From assembly GCA_041596515.1 (NCBI GenBank), contig JBFHIJ010000005.1:64330-128329 (forward strand): a stretch of 64,000 nucleotides of DNA, given 5' to 3'. The translations under genes and the position numbers were made by a program. Positions 10,224-21,708 of the stretch are shown in pieces. Position 1 is the stretch's first letter; the number at the start of each line of letters is the position of its first letter. This DNA comes from Chlorobiota bacterium. Its GTDB lineage: Bacteria; Bacteroidota; Ignavibacteria; Kapaibacteriales; UBA2268. Under the pieces are notes generated by a model. It worked only from the letters and a program-made list of their open reading frames with translations. It did not search any database and was not told the DNA's origin.

Positions 10224-12755
10224 ATGACAGCTAAAGAGATAAGACAGTCCTTCCTTGACTTTTTTAAAGGGAAAGAGCATTCTATAGTGCCTTCTGCTCC
10301 AGTAGTGCCTCATGGCGACCCTACTTTGCTTTTTACTAATGCAGGTATGAATCAGTTTAAAGACGTATTTTTGGGGCAGGGTAAAAGAGATTTTAACCGT
10401 GCTGCTGATACTCAAAAATGTATACGTGTAAGCGGAAAGCATAATGACCTCGAAGAAGTTGGTGTGGACACATACCACCATACTTTCTTTGAGATGCTCG
10501 GCAACTGGAGCTTTGGCGATTATTATAAAAAAGAAGCTATTGACTGGGCGTGGGAGCTACTTACGGAAGTGTGGAAGTTACCAACGGACAGACTTTATGC
10601 CACTGTGTTCGAGTCAGATGACGAAGCTTTAGAGCTTTGGAAACAATATCTACCGGAAAGTCAAATCCAACGCCATGGCGCTAAAGATAACTTCTGGGAA
10701 ATGGGAGAAACCGGGCCTTGCGGACCTTGCTCTGAGATTCACTATGATATGACTAAAGACAAATCAGGTGCTAAACTTGTAAATATGGACAGCCCTGAAG
10801 TTATTGAAATATGGAATCTTGTATTTATACAATACAACAGAAAAGCGGACGGCACATTAGAAAATCTTTCTGCAACTCACGTTGATACAGGTATGGGCTT
10901 TGAAAGAATATGTGCTGTGATGCAAGGTAAAACCTCAAATTACGACACAGATGTTTTTATGCCAATTTTGAGAAATATTGAAGAGTTGAGCGGCAAAAAA
11001 TACAACCCTGAGCTTACTGATAAAACAGGTATTGCTATGCGTGTAATCGCTGACCACGTTCGTACTTTGACTTTTGCTATTGCCGATGGTGCAATCCCCG
11101 GCAATGAAGGTAGATCTTATGTACTTCGCAGGATTTTGCGCCGAGGATGCAGGTTTGCCAGAACTCTTGGTTTCAGAGAGCCAATGATGTTTAAACTAGT
11201 TCCTACTTTGGTAGAATCTATGGGTGAGCAGTTCCCTGAAATAATGAGACAGCAGACTACTGTAGAAAAAATTATCAAAGGTGAGGAAGAATCTTTCTTG
11301 CAGACTTTGGACAGAGGGATAGAAAAATTTGAAGAAATGACTACTGACTTAAAAGATAATACGCTTGACGGTGCAGATGCTTTTATGCTATACGATACTT
11401 TTGGCTTCCCGCTTGACCTGACTGAACTTATGGCTCGCGAAGCAGGATATAAAGTTGACATTGAGGGCTTTAATGCAAACATGAAAGAGCAGAAAGAACG
11501 CTCTCGTGCTGCCAGAAAAGTGACTTCGCAAGAAGCAGAAATACCGGAAGTAAGTGAAAAATCCACATTTATCGGATATGATACATTAGAAGCTGAAGCA
11601 AAAATACTTTGGATGAGTGATAATAAAGTTGTACTTGACAAAACACCGTTCTATGCAGAAAGTGGCGGGCAGATGTCAGATAATGGGACGCTTGTTATCG
11701 CAGCTAATAAATATGATGTACTGGATGTAAAAAAAGTAGGCGACGCCATAGTTCATATATGCGATAGAGACCTTGAGTTACTCATCGGTGGTGCAGCTCT
11801 TGCCAAAGTAGATGAAAAACGCAGGCAGGCTATCAAACGCAATCACTCTGCCACACACATCTTACATGAAGCTCTTAGAACTATTCTTGGGAATCATGTG
11901 CAGCAGGCGGGTTCTCTTGTTTCGCCTGATTATTTACGTTTTGATTTCAATCACTTTGAAAAAGTTACCAACGAGCAGCTCGAGCAAATAGAACTCCTTG
12001 CAAATGATAAGATTTTAGAAGCTCACAGAGTAAATATTGAAGAAAAATCTATCGAAGATGCTCAAAAGAACGATAAAATCAAAATGTTCTTTGGTGATAA
12101 GTATGGTTCTACGGTTCGCGTAGTAACAATGGATCCAAGCTACTCTATGGAGCTTTGCGGTGGTACTCACGTTAGCAACACAGCGGAAATCGGCTTGGTC
12201 AAGATTACTTCTGAATCCTCAATTGCTGCAGGCGTGAGGCGCTTGGAAGCAGTAACAGGTAAAGGAGTTGAACTTTACATAGCTGAACAAAATGCCAAAA
12301 TGAAAGATAAAGATGCTACTATTGCTGAATTGCATCACAAAATAAAACAGATGGAAAAAGAAATGTCTGAGCTAAAAGTGCAAGGCATGGCTTCACTTGT
12401 ACCCGATATGATAGCAAATGCTGAGCTTGTAGGCGAAATCAGGGTTATTGCCAAAGAGGTTGAAGCTGAAGATATGGATCAGCTTCGTGACCTTGGTGAA
12501 GAGCTTAGGAACAGCTTTGCGAAGCAGGGAATTGGTCTTCTTGCTCGCATAGATGGCGATAAAGTACAGCTTGTGTGCGTTGTTACTGATGACCTTGTCA
12601 AGTCTCACCCAGCCGGCAAATTAGTTGGCGCAGCTGCTAAAGCACTGGGCGGTGGCGGTGGCGGTAAGCCACACATGGCAACTGCAGGAGGTCGCGACCT
12701 AACAAAACTGCCTGAGTTATTGGCAAGCTTTGCAGAAATGGTAAAAAACAGATAG
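10224..12755 (+). CDS. alaS: Alanine--tRNA ligase
   Basis: 843 aa. FLDFFKGKEHSIVPSAPVVP..DPTLLFTNAGMNQFK, the editing-domain HSATHILH motif and the C-terminal GGGGGGKPHMATAGG (DHHA1) are all present. Confidence 0.97.
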   Translation: MTAKEIRQSFLDFFKGKEHSIVPSAPVVPHGDPTLLFTNAGMNQFKDVFLGQGKRDFNRAADTQKCIRVSGKHNDLEEVGVDTYHHTFFEMLGNWSFGDYYKKEAIDWAWELLTEVWKLPTDRLYATVFESDDEALELWKQYLPESQIQRHGAKDNFWEMGETGPCGPCSEIHYDMTKDKSGAKLVNMDSPEVIEIWNLVFIQYNRKADGTLENLSATHVDTGMGFERICAVMQGKTSNYDTDVFMPILRNIEELSGKKYNPELTDKTGIAMRVIADHVRTLTFAIADGAIPGNEGRSYVLRRILRRGCRFARTLGFREPMMFKLVPTLVESMGEQFPEIMRQQTTVEKIIKGEEESFLQTLDRGIEKFEEMTTDLKDNTLDGADAFMLYDTFGFPLDLTELMAREAGYKVDIEGFNANMKEQKERSRAARKVTSQEAEIPEVSEKSTFIGYDTLEAEAKILWMSDNKVVLDKTPFYAESGGQMSDNGTLVIAANKYDVLDVKKVGDAIVHICDRDLELLIGGAALAKVDEKRRQAIKRNHSATHILHEALRTILGNHVQQAGSLVSPDYLRFDFNHFEKVTNEQLEQIELLANDKILEAHRVNIEEKSIEDAQKNDKIKMFFGDKYGSTVRVVTMDPSYSMELCGGTHVSNTAEIGLVKITSESSIAAGVRRLEAVTGKGVELYIAEQNAKMKDKDATIAELHHKIKQMEKEMSELKVQGMASLVPDMIANAELVGEIRVIAKEVEAEDMDQLRDLGEELRNSFAKQGIGLLARIDGDKVQLVCVVTDDLVKSHPAGKLVGAAAKALGGGGGGKPHMATAGGRDLTKLPELLASFAEMVKNR

Positions 12756-12803
12756 AAATACAGATGGAAAATTAAATCATATCTATTGATTTATAGTTTA
12801 AGT

Positions 12804-12834
12804 GGGCATATCTAAAAAAGGATGTGCCCTTTTT
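12804..12834 (+). terminator. Intrinsic terminator after alaS
   Basis: gggcatatc / gatgtgccc form a 9-bp stem (one G-T pair) with an 8-nt loop, followed by ttttt. Confidence 0.65.
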
Positions 12835-13348
12835 GCGCATTTACTTGGAACTCTATTCCAGATATGAGTTTATCACCCATTTTTAAGAGTATGTGCAAAA
12901 CATAGTTGTTCCCTAATTTATCAATATATATTATCATAAGCAGTTTAAATTCTTGTTGCGAAAATTACGTTAATGCTTTTTGAACATGAGGTATCAACGC
13001 TATGTCGTTTGGTGATAATGATGATGTTATAGATAGTTGTAAGGTAGTAGACGCAAAGCCTGGCCTCTATATCATTACTAACATCATATTATATTAGTTT
13101 TTTATTTGGCATAAACTTAGAGTTTGTATTAGGGATTTGGGGTAAAAATAAACTGCGCTTCAAAAATGGAAATAATACTTTCAGATGATAGAAAATATAG
13201 GTATAATGCAAGTGTCTAAGAACAACATAAGTGAATTATGCTTCACCTTTCAAATGGCAAATAAAGTATGTATATTCTATATCTTATTAAAATATAAATT
13301 GGTTTATTCCATCTCTAAAATTAATTATAGAAAGTAGAATGGTTTGAT

Positions 13349-15307
13349 GTGATTAGGAGCGGTTATTTGAAAATACCATTTATCATGATGATTAGCATCT
13401 TTACTATTTTAGTAACAAATTTGTTCTCGACAGACACATATAAATTAGATGCCCCTTCAAAAAGTGAGGAACTTGCTATTTCAAAAGTTGATAGCTTGAA
13501 TCATATTTCATTTACTAAGAGATTTGTTGATTTTGATGCCAGCATTGATTATGCTAAACGAGCAAAATCAATAGCTGATTCTATTGGTTATATTAGTGGT
13601 CAAGCTTATGCTATAAAGAATATAGGTACTGTAAAGTGGAATAAAGGTGAGTTTGCAGAGGCAAAAGATTTATACTACAAAAGTTTGGTTTTATATGAAG
13701 AGTTGCGTGATACAAGTGGCATAAGTAGATTATGGAATAACATAGGTCTCATCAGTATTACTCAAGATGAATATAATGTAGCTATAGAAAATCTCAAAAG
13801 CAGCATTCAGTTTAGCAAAATTGTAAGAGATACTGCAATGCTAAGCACAGCCTATTTAAATATTGGGATTTGCTATTACTATTTGAAGGAATACGAAGCT
13901 GCTATCTCCTACCATAAAAAAAGCATTTACTATTCACTCCAATCGAATGATATGTTAAGCCTTGCAAATAATTATAGTTTTCTGGGAGCAGAATATACTA
14001 TATTGAAGCAATATAAACCGGCTTTGGAAAATCTTCTTAAATCACTTGACATATTTGAAAGAGAAGATGCTACGCGAGGTATGGCTCATGTTGATAATCT
14101 TTTATCCGAATACTATCTGGCTACGAATGACTTTTCAAAAGCTATCAAATACGGAGAAAAGGCTCTTAAAATATCCGAAAATATACATTCATTAATCAAT
14201 TTATTTGAAGCAACAAACCACTTGAGCAAAGCCTGGGCAGAGCTGTCAGACTTTAAAAAGGCCTATGAATATCAAGGTTTAGCAGTGAAATATCAAAAAG
14301 AATTGATTGACGAAAAAAACAAACAAAGGATAGCTTATATTACAGCCGAATATAATTACGAAAAAGAATTGGATAAAATAGAAGTAGAAAAGCAAATTAC
14401 GTATGCAAAGCAGCAGAAGGATATTAGTGCACGTAATATGATAATCGGCATTATAAGTATTGTTGCATTCTTTCTTGCGATGTTTGCCATTTTTCTATAC
14501 AGATTGAATAGAAGCAGACAAAAGAAAAATCAATTATTAGTTTCTCAAAAAAGAAGTATAGACGAAAAAAATGTACAACTCGAAAAAATGAATACAGAAC
14601 TAAATACGCTCAATAAAACCAAAGATAAATTCTTTTCTATTATCGCACATGACTTGAAAAATCCTATTTATAACCTCAATTCTATTGCACAGATTATTTC
14701 TCAAGATTATGACACCATGGAAGATAAAGAAAAAATGGAATACATCTCCTTAATGGTGAACTCTTCGGAGCATGTATATTCTTTGCTTGAGAATTTGCTT
14801 ACTTGGTCGCGTTCTCAGAGAGATAAAATTGACTTTATGCCTGCAGAGGGAAACTTAATCCAAATACTAACTACAACTATAAATGGAGCAAAACTTTCTG
14901 CTACAAATAAAAATATCAAAATCGGGGTTGATATCAAGCAGGATCATGCTATATTTTCAGATTTTAATATGCTCAATACCATAGTGAGGAATATAATTTC
15001 AAATGCAATCAAATTTACTCCAAAAAATGGAAATATTGAAATAAGTTCGCATAAAAACAATCAATATGTGGAGCTATCTATCAAAGATTCAGGTGTTGGC
15101 ATGACCAAAGAGAAAATTGAGACTCTCTTCGTTACAGGAGAAAATACTTCAACTCCCGGAACTGAAAATGAAAGTGGCACGGGGCTTGGTCTTATTATCT
15201 GCAAAGAATTTGCTCTTAGAAATGGAGGCGACATAATCGTAAAAAGCCAAAAAGATATGGGAACTGAGTTTTTGGTTCTAATCCCCGACGCAAACCCAAA
15301 TGCGTAA
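13349..15307 (+). CDS. TPR-repeat sensor histidine kinase
   Basis: N-terminal hydrophobic segment, ~300 aa of TPR-like repeats and TM IIGIISIVAFFLAMFAIFLY. H-box FSIIAHDLKNP and HATPase boxes (NAIKFT, DSGVGM, GTGLGLIICKEF). Start uncertain (GTG 13349 or ATG 13385). Confidence 0.85.
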   Translation: MIRSGYLKIPFIMMISIFTILVTNLFSTDTYKLDAPSKSEELAISKVDSLNHISFTKRFVDFDASIDYAKRAKSIADSIGYISGQAYAIKNIGTVKWNKGEFAEAKDLYYKSLVLYEELRDTSGISRLWNNIGLISITQDEYNVAIENLKSSIQFSKIVRDTAMLSTAYLNIGICYYYLKEYEAAISYHKKSIYYSLQSNDMLSLANNYSFLGAEYTILKQYKPALENLLKSLDIFEREDATRGMAHVDNLLSEYYLATNDFSKAIKYGEKALKISENIHSLINLFEATNHLSKAWAELSDFKKAYEYQGLAVKYQKELIDEKNKQRIAYITAEYNYEKELDKIEVEKQITYAKQQKDISARNMIIGIISIVAFFLAMFAIFLYRLNRSRQKKNQLLVSQKRSIDEKNVQLEKMNTELNTLNKTKDKFFSIIAHDLKNPIYNLNSIAQIISQDYDTMEDKEKMEYISLMVNSSEHVYSLLENLLTWSRSQRDKIDFMPAEGNLIQILTTTINGAKLSATNKNIKIGVDIKQDHAIFSDFNMLNTIVRNIISNAIKFTPKNGNIEISSHKNNQYVELSIKDSGVGMTKEKIETLFVTGENTSTPGTENESGTGLGLIICKEFALRNGGDIIVKSQKDMGTEFLVLIPDANPNA

Positions 15308-15460
15308 AAACAAAACAGATAATAAAGCCCAAAATCCGGATATACTTTTAATCAATATATAATAAACAAGTTGCTAAGAATTATATATTAAATATTCCAA
15401 ATATTTCTGAAGTTTGAGTACTATTACAATACTGAGCTTAAATTCTGCATCCTTCATTCC

Positions 15461-16102
15461 TTAAAAAGAATTAGCAATATCAATAATAATTGGCTTAAGT
15501 CCACTAAAAAAGAACTCCACAGCAATTACCATTACTATCAATCCCATAAGACGCATCATTACTTTATTGCCGGTATCGCCAAGAAGTTTTATTATTTTGC
15601 TGGAGCCCCATAATATAAAGAAGGTTAGCAGGCAAATAGTAAAAATGACACCAAAAAGAACAGCCTTCATTTCATAATTTACGGCATCTTGCATCAGCAC
15701 AATTGAGTTTGTGATAGAGCCCGGACCTGCTATCATAGGAATAGCTAATGGGGTAATTGAAATATCATCAATATATTCCCTAACCTCACTTTTTTGCAAT
15801 TTCACTTTAGTTAGTTGAGCTTGAAGCATATCCTTACCCATAATAAAGAATATAATCCCACCTACAATGCGAAAACTGTTGACAGAAATGCCAAAAAGAT
15901 TAAACATCAACTGACCGCTAAGAGCAAAGCCGACTAAGGAGAAAAATGCAACAATTAGTGCTTTTTGAGCCGTTTTTTTTCTTTGAGTTGGCGAGAGGTT
16001 AGAAGTCATGGTCATAAAGACAGGCATTACACCTAATGGATTTATTAGAGTAAAATAAGATGTGAAACTTAAGATAGCAAAAGTAATCGGATCGTTGTGC
16101 AT
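15461..16102 (-). CDS. MarC-family (UPF0056) integral membrane protein
   Basis: Polytopic membrane protein with N-terminal FTSYFTLINPLGVMPVF typical of the MarC family. Start moved to ATG 16102, which has GAGG 5 nt upstream. Confidence 0.7.
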   Translation of the reverse strand: MHNDPITFAILSFTSYFTLINPLGVMPVFMTMTSNLSPTQRKKTAQKALIVAFFSLVGFALSGQLMFNLFGISVNSFRIVGGIIFFIMGKDMLQAQLTKVKLQKSEVREYIDDISITPLAIPMIAGPGSITNSIVLMQDAVNYEMKAVLFGVIFTICLLTFFILWGSSKIIKLLGDTGNKVMMRLMGLIVMVIAVEFFFSGLKPIIIDIANSF

Positions 16103-16569
16103 CGATACCTCATTCAAAATATATTGCATAAAACGGATTCCAATAAAACACATAAATAGGACTTATCTTATATAAGTTTTTATCCTGACAGGCAATTAAT
16201 TGTAATATATAATATATTGCATAAATATTTCACGACACAGATAGCGTTTGCTAATGCACTGAGACTGGATACACGTATAATCATCATGAAAAATCCGGGA
16301 TTAATATCTTTAATGTGGCATGCTGATTTTTATACAAAGTACCTAACGTAAAGGCAGAGCATGTAGTAACCTGAACCTTTTAAAAAATGAATTGAGTAAT
16401 TGTAAAGACGGTGTACTTTGCTTAGCTGGTCTGACTCTATTTCAAAAATTACCTTTTTCTTGAAGTTTTTACTATAGTGTGTTCGTACTGGAAAATATAC
16501 ATATTATTATTCTCTTTCCATATATCTTTCCTCGAATTTGTCAACCTATTTCAGGCAATGACCAAGTCT

Positions 16570-19239
16570 TTATTTGGTTCTTAGTAGATATCTTTTAGGA
16601 AACTTGCAGTAAAAAGTGCTGCCTTTTCCTTCTTCCGTTTCAAATGACAATTCTCCATTAATTTTAGAGACGCAGTTTTTAGTGACTGTAAGTCCTAAGC
16701 CTGTCCCGGGAACTAAACCCCCTGTCTGGTTTCCTCTGTAGAATGGTGCAAATATCATTTCTTGTTCGCAGTCAGGTATTCCACAACCAAAATCCTGAAC
16801 AGCAATAATAATAGTACCCTCTAATTCTTCAGACTTTATGATAACTTTAGAGTCTTTAGGCGAATACTTAACAGCATTGAGCACAAGATTATAAACAGAC
16901 AGACGAGTTAGTCTTAAATCTGTATAAAGAGTTGGATCTTCTATAGTATTGATGTATTTAATTTTATGATTATATCCATCAATTATTTCTATTTCTTTTG
17001 CTACTTTCTCTATGCAGTTTTCTAGATTGAAAAGAGAAGGAACAAAAGTATAATCACCTTTATTATGGAAGACCATATCTAATGTGTTATCCAGCAGCCC
17101 TGTCATCGCATTTGACGCCTTCAATATCTTATCAATATGCTTGCCAAGCTTTGCATCATCAGACATATTAGCCAAACGCTCTATAATATAAGCAGAGGAC
17201 ATAATAACAGTAAGAGGAGTTCTATATTCATGAGAAATCATATCTATAAATCGAGATTTCAATTCGCCGGACTCCTGCTCTGACTCCAGACTTTTGGAAA
17301 CTTCAAGTTGTGCTTTTACCAGTTGAGCCCTCAGCTTCTGATTTCTTATATTTTCATCTTGTAGTGAGCTTATAGTTTGTTTCAACTTATTAGTTTTTGT
17401 TTCAACTTTTGTTTCTAATTCCTCAGTTTTATACTGTAAATCTCTGTGCATTAGTTCCTTGTCTGTGATATCTACTAAAACAATATTGTAACCTGTATCT
17501 TCGCTTAAGTTTTGCTTTGCAGCAATATTCATTCTTACATGTAAAAGATTTCCGCCGTGATCTATGGCATCAACATCTAAGTTTTTCAGCTTATTTACTT
17601 GCTCTAGTTGTAGAGCATTGCTTTCACTAAATATAAATTCCTGTAAATTCTTACCTAGTATGTCTTCTTCCTGATACCCTAATGTGTCCAAAAGAAACTT
17701 ACTGACTGTTTTGATAACATAATTGGAATCAGTAGTGATAAGCATCGCAGGAATAGATTGATATAAGGAATCAATCTCATTTTGTTTTGCCTGAAAAGCT
17801 TTTTCAGTGATTCTTAGTTTTGTGATATCTTGCGTAAAACCTACTATTCTTTTGGGATTTCCGCTATAATCCCTTTCTAATTTGCCTTCTATGTGTAATA
17901 CTTTTGTATTACCTTTTCCGGTAACAACTTTACATTCAAGAGTTTGTAAGGTTTCATTGTTTTTTACTCTTGAAAAGAAACGAAGGGTTTTGAATTTATC
18001 ATTTGGAACTATAGTCTTAATAAATTGTTTAAATCCAATTTGAGGTATGTCCACATCAAAGATTCTTTTAGTTTCATCAGAGTACTTAAAACTTTCAGTT
18101 GTTATATCGTAAAACCAGCTACCTGTGCATGAAAGCCTTTGAGTTTCTTGTAAAACTTCCTCATTCCTGTAAATATGTTCAACTTTAGCTAACGATGAGT
18201 CTTCAACGCTTATGCTGGAGACTAAAACCGGACGGCTATAGTCATCTACCAATTTAGTATTAGTTTTATGTCTCGAGACTATGCCTTTAGAATTACGAAA
18301 AGTTAAAGCATAATCTGATATAGATTTTTCTTTTAAAACTTTCTGAACGAGAGTCTCACGATCTTCAGGGTACTGATAAAATTTGGTTATGTTGTCACCT
18401 AATAAATTTTCTTTTGACTCACCAAAAGAAAATTTAACAGAGTCAGAAATATCTAAAATCTTACCTTCAATATCAGTTACACAGATAATATCTTTATGTG
18501 AATTCATTTCAAACTGAGAAGGCTCTTCTATTTTTACATACAACTTGTTTCCTAAATACTCAAATGGTTGCATATTGTTGCACTTGGGTGCAAGTTTACT
18601 GACAAAAGTATCTTCAAAAACTCTTTCAGGTATTTTAAAATTGCTACAGAGCAGTTTTTTATCTTCACTATAAATTGCAATCTCCTGAGGTAACATTTTA
18701 ATAAAGTATGTTAAAAATGCTATTTGATCACTTACAAAGGAGAGTTGCTTGTTTATTGGCTTTTTTGTGCTGTTGGCAAGTAATTTTAAATATTCAAACT
18801 CTTTATGTTTGAACTTACTTACATTTGTACTTATGCAGACTACAAGTGTTTCTTTTTCTTCCATTAAGGGTACAAGCTTTATTTCTCTCCATATCGTATT
18901 GTTTGCATTGATAAAAAATTCTATTGCCGGCAATTCCACAACATTGCCTCCCAGTGCTTCTTTGAATTTGTCATCTATGTCTATATAGTCTAAGCGTAAA
19001 TCTGACTTTATATTATAATTTTCTTCAAATTCAATATCTAAAGAGTTAGAGAGCAGAATGTTCCCGTCTGAATCGAATATATCTATTTGTGATTTTGCAT
19101 AAAAGAATATATCAAAACAACTCGCACCTAAGACTCCGGGGCAAGTTATTGTAGATTTGCTGTTTATTTCAGCCATTGCACTTTTATACTTAGGAAAAAC
19201 TTTTACAGTACCACCTAATTTATTTTTTGATATTTTCAT
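16570..19239 (-). CDS. Multi-PAS sensor histidine kinase, no obvious TM segment
   Basis: 889 aa. Several PAS-like blocks, a coiled-coil linker, H-box SRFIDMISHEYRTPL and the ATPase G-box GTGLGLTVTKNC. Confidence 0.85.
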   Translation of the reverse strand: MKISKNKLGGTVKVFPKYKSAMAEINSKSTITCPGVLGASCFDIFFYAKSQIDIFDSDGNILLSNSLDIEFEENYNIKSDLRLDYIDIDDKFKEALGGNVVELPAIEFFINANNTIWREIKLVPLMEEKETLVVCISTNVSKFKHKEFEYLKLLANSTKKPINKQLSFVSDQIAFLTYFIKMLPQEIAIYSEDKKLLCSNFKIPERVFEDTFVSKLAPKCNNMQPFEYLGNKLYVKIEEPSQFEMNSHKDIICVTDIEGKILDISDSVKFSFGESKENLLGDNITKFYQYPEDRETLVQKVLKEKSISDYALTFRNSKGIVSRHKTNTKLVDDYSRPVLVSSISVEDSSLAKVEHIYRNEEVLQETQRLSCTGSWFYDITTESFKYSDETKRIFDVDIPQIGFKQFIKTIVPNDKFKTLRFFSRVKNNETLQTLECKVVTGKGNTKVLHIEGKLERDYSGNPKRIVGFTQDITKLRITEKAFQAKQNEIDSLYQSIPAMLITTDSNYVIKTVSKFLLDTLGYQEEDILGKNLQEFIFSESNALQLEQVNKLKNLDVDAIDHGGNLLHVRMNIAAKQNLSEDTGYNIVLVDITDKELMHRDLQYKTEELETKVETKTNKLKQTISSLQDENIRNQKLRAQLVKAQLEVSKSLESEQESGELKSRFIDMISHEYRTPLTVIMSSAYIIERLANMSDDAKLGKHIDKILKASNAMTGLLDNTLDMVFHNKGDYTFVPSLFNLENCIEKVAKEIEIIDGYNHKIKYINTIEDPTLYTDLRLTRLSVYNLVLNAVKYSPKDSKVIIKSEELEGTIIIAVQDFGCGIPDCEQEMIFAPFYRGNQTGGLVPGTGLGLTVTKNCVSKINGELSFETEEGKGSTFYCKFPKRYLLRTK

Positions 19240-19557
19240 TGTGACAAAAATATTTATACTTAAAACTACTTATTATCTTAGGTATTTAAATATATAAAAA
19301 TAATCGATACTTTTACAACTATTTAATTTAGTTCTATCTATATTGCAGGTATAATAGTCATATTTAGAGCGTTTATTGAAGGAATATTTTTATTTTATCT
19401 TACAGCCATGACTTGACAGTAGTTTAAATATAGATGAACTTTAAATTAATACAGCTAAAAGCAACAAAGGTTTTTCAGACTTTTATTTTTTACAAGGTTT
19501 GACTATATTTAGTTATTGATTTTATACATTTATAAATTTTAACGGATATAAAGAATC

Positions 19558-21612
19558 ATGATAGCAAAAGAGCTTATAGCTCCTAAAAGCATTGCAGTGA
19601 TAGGTGCTTCTAATGATGATAAAAAGCCCGGTGGTAAGATTTTAAAAAATCTGATTTCTGAAAATTTTGCTGGTAAGCTTTACCCTGTCAACCCAAAAGA
19701 AACTGAAATTCAAGGTTTAGACTGCATACAAAACCCTGCAGATTTGCCTCAAACTGATCTTGCAGTTTTAGCAATTCCTGCTAAATTCTGTCTTGATACT
19801 ATCAACCTACTTATCAATGAAAAAGGAACTAGAGGATTTATTATTCTTTCTGCCGGCTTCAGTGAAATGGGTGATGAAGGTAAAAAATTGGAACAAGACA
19901 TAGCTGATGCCGTTACTGCAGTGGGTGGTACTTTGATAGGGCCTAACTGTATTGGTGTTTTGAATACTAATTATGCCGGTGTGTTTGCCGGACCTATTCC
20001 TAAATTAGATACAAAAGGTATTGATTTTGCTTCAGGTTCCGGTGCTACTGCGGTATTTATTGTTGAAGCAGCAATGACTCGCGGGCTTTCTTTCTCATCT
20101 TTGTATTCAGTGGGTAATAGTGCTCAGACAGGTGTAGAAGAAGTACTGCAATACTGGGATGAAACATTCGATCCTGAAACAAGCTCAAAAGTTAAACTTC
20201 TCTACGTTGAGCAAATCCATAAACCTGAAATGCTTTTGAAACACGCAGCTTCTCTTATCAGCAAAGGTTGCAAGATTGCAGCTATAAAAGCTGGAACCAC
20301 TGAAGCAGGCTCTAGAGCAGTCTCTTCGCATACAGGTGCACTGGCTGGCTCTGACTCTGCTGTAGATGCTTTATTCAAAAAAGCCGGTATTGTTCGCTGC
20401 TATAGCAGAATGGAACTTATTCATGTGGCACAAGTCTTTACTCGACCTGAACTTCAAGGTAAAAACATTGCTATTATTACTCACGCAGGTGGCCCTGGCG
20501 TAATGCTTACTGATGCTCTTGCAAAAGGCAATATGGATGTACCTCACATAGAAGGTGCTGCTGCTGCTGAACTTTTAGGCAAATTATTCCATGGCTCTTC
20601 TGTTGCGAATCCTATTGACTTCTTGGCAACCGGCACTGCTGAACACTTAGGTATGATCTTAGACTATGTAGATCAAAAATTTGATAATATAGATGGTGCT
20701 GCGGTAATCTTTGGTACTACCGGTTTATTTGATGTTACCGAAGTATATGATGTGCTGGACGATAAAATGAGCACTTGTAAAAAGCCAATCTATCCAATTC
20801 TTCCTTCTATTGTTTTAGCCGAAAAAGAAGTAGAACATTTTGTTTCTAAAGGCAGAAACTTCTTCCCGGATGAAGTAGAATTAGGAAATGCTTTAGCAAA
20901 AGTATACCACACTCCAAAACCGGAATTAAATGTAGCTCTACCTGAAGTTGATAAAGCTGCAATCAGAAAATTAATTGACGAAAATAAAGAAGGTTATATA
21001 AGCCCTGAGTCAGTCCAAGCTTTATTAGATGCAGCAGGAATTCCTCGCGCAGCTGAAATTGTAGTAGATAAAAAAGAAGATGCTGTGAAAGCTATTGAAA
21101 CTATCAAATTCCCTCTTGTGATGAAAGTAGTTGGCCCTGTACACAAGTCAGATGTGGGCGGTGTAGCTCTTAATATCAAATCACAGGAAGATGTAGAAGC
21201 TAATTTCGAAAAAATGATGCAGATAAAAGACGCAGTAGGCGTGCTTATGCAACCAATGCTTAGCGGTCAGGAATTGTTCGTAGGTGCTTCTTATGAAGAT
21301 ACTTTCGGACATTTAATCCTTGCAGGTATGGGCGGCATCTTCATCGAAGTGCTAAAAGATGTGTCAAATGCACTTTCTCCTGTAAGCAAAACTGAAGCTA
21401 CAGATATGATCACTTCACTAAAATCATATAAAATGATTGAAGGTGTAAGAGGTCAGGAAGGAGTAAATCAAGAAATCTTTGCGGATATAATATGCAGACT
21501 TTCTGCACTTTTAGAAGCTGCTCCTGAGATCAAAGAAATGGATTTAAATCCGCTTCTTGGCAAAGCCGATCAGGTAATTGCCGTAGATGCAAGAGTAAGA
21601 ATAGAAAAGTAG
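19558..21612 (+). CDS. ADP-forming acetate--CoA ligase family (NDP-forming acyl-CoA synthetase, fused alpha/beta)
   Basis: CoA-binding N-terminus KSIAVIGASNDDKKPGGKI, a succinyl-CoA-synthetase-like domain with phospho-His context SSHTGALAGS, and a C-terminal ATP-grasp (FPLVMKVVGPVHKSDVGGV). Confidence 0.85.
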   Translation: MIAKELIAPKSIAVIGASNDDKKPGGKILKNLISENFAGKLYPVNPKETEIQGLDCIQNPADLPQTDLAVLAIPAKFCLDTINLLINEKGTRGFIILSAGFSEMGDEGKKLEQDIADAVTAVGGTLIGPNCIGVLNTNYAGVFAGPIPKLDTKGIDFASGSGATAVFIVEAAMTRGLSFSSLYSVGNSAQTGVEEVLQYWDETFDPETSSKVKLLYVEQIHKPEMLLKHAASLISKGCKIAAIKAGTTEAGSRAVSSHTGALAGSDSAVDALFKKAGIVRCYSRMELIHVAQVFTRPELQGKNIAIITHAGGPGVMLTDALAKGNMDVPHIEGAAAAELLGKLFHGSSVANPIDFLATGTAEHLGMILDYVDQKFDNIDGAAVIFGTTGLFDVTEVYDVLDDKMSTCKKPIYPILPSIVLAEKEVEHFVSKGRNFFPDEVELGNALAKVYHTPKPELNVALPEVDKAAIRKLIDENKEGYISPESVQALLDAAGIPRAAEIVVDKKEDAVKAIETIKFPLVMKVVGPVHKSDVGGVALNIKSQEDVEANFEKMMQIKDAVGVLMQPMLSGQELFVGASYEDTFGHLILAGMGGIFIEVLKDVSNALSPVSKTEATDMITSLKSYKMIEGVRGQEGVNQEIFADIICRLSALLEAAPEIKEMDLNPLLGKADQVIAVDARVRIEK

Positions 21613-21636
21613 AAAACCTTATTAGAAGTTAAAAAA

Positions 21637-21671
21637 AAGCTGCTGAAGAAAAATTGATTCTCCGGCAGCTT
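21637..21671. terminator. Bidirectional terminator between the acyl-CoA synthetase gene and dapA
   Basis: aagctgc (21637-21643) pairs with gcagctt (21665-21671), flanked by an A8 run and ttttt. Confidence 0.5.
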
Positions 21672-21708
21672 TTTATATATTTGAGATATTATAATATCTT
21701 AGAATAAC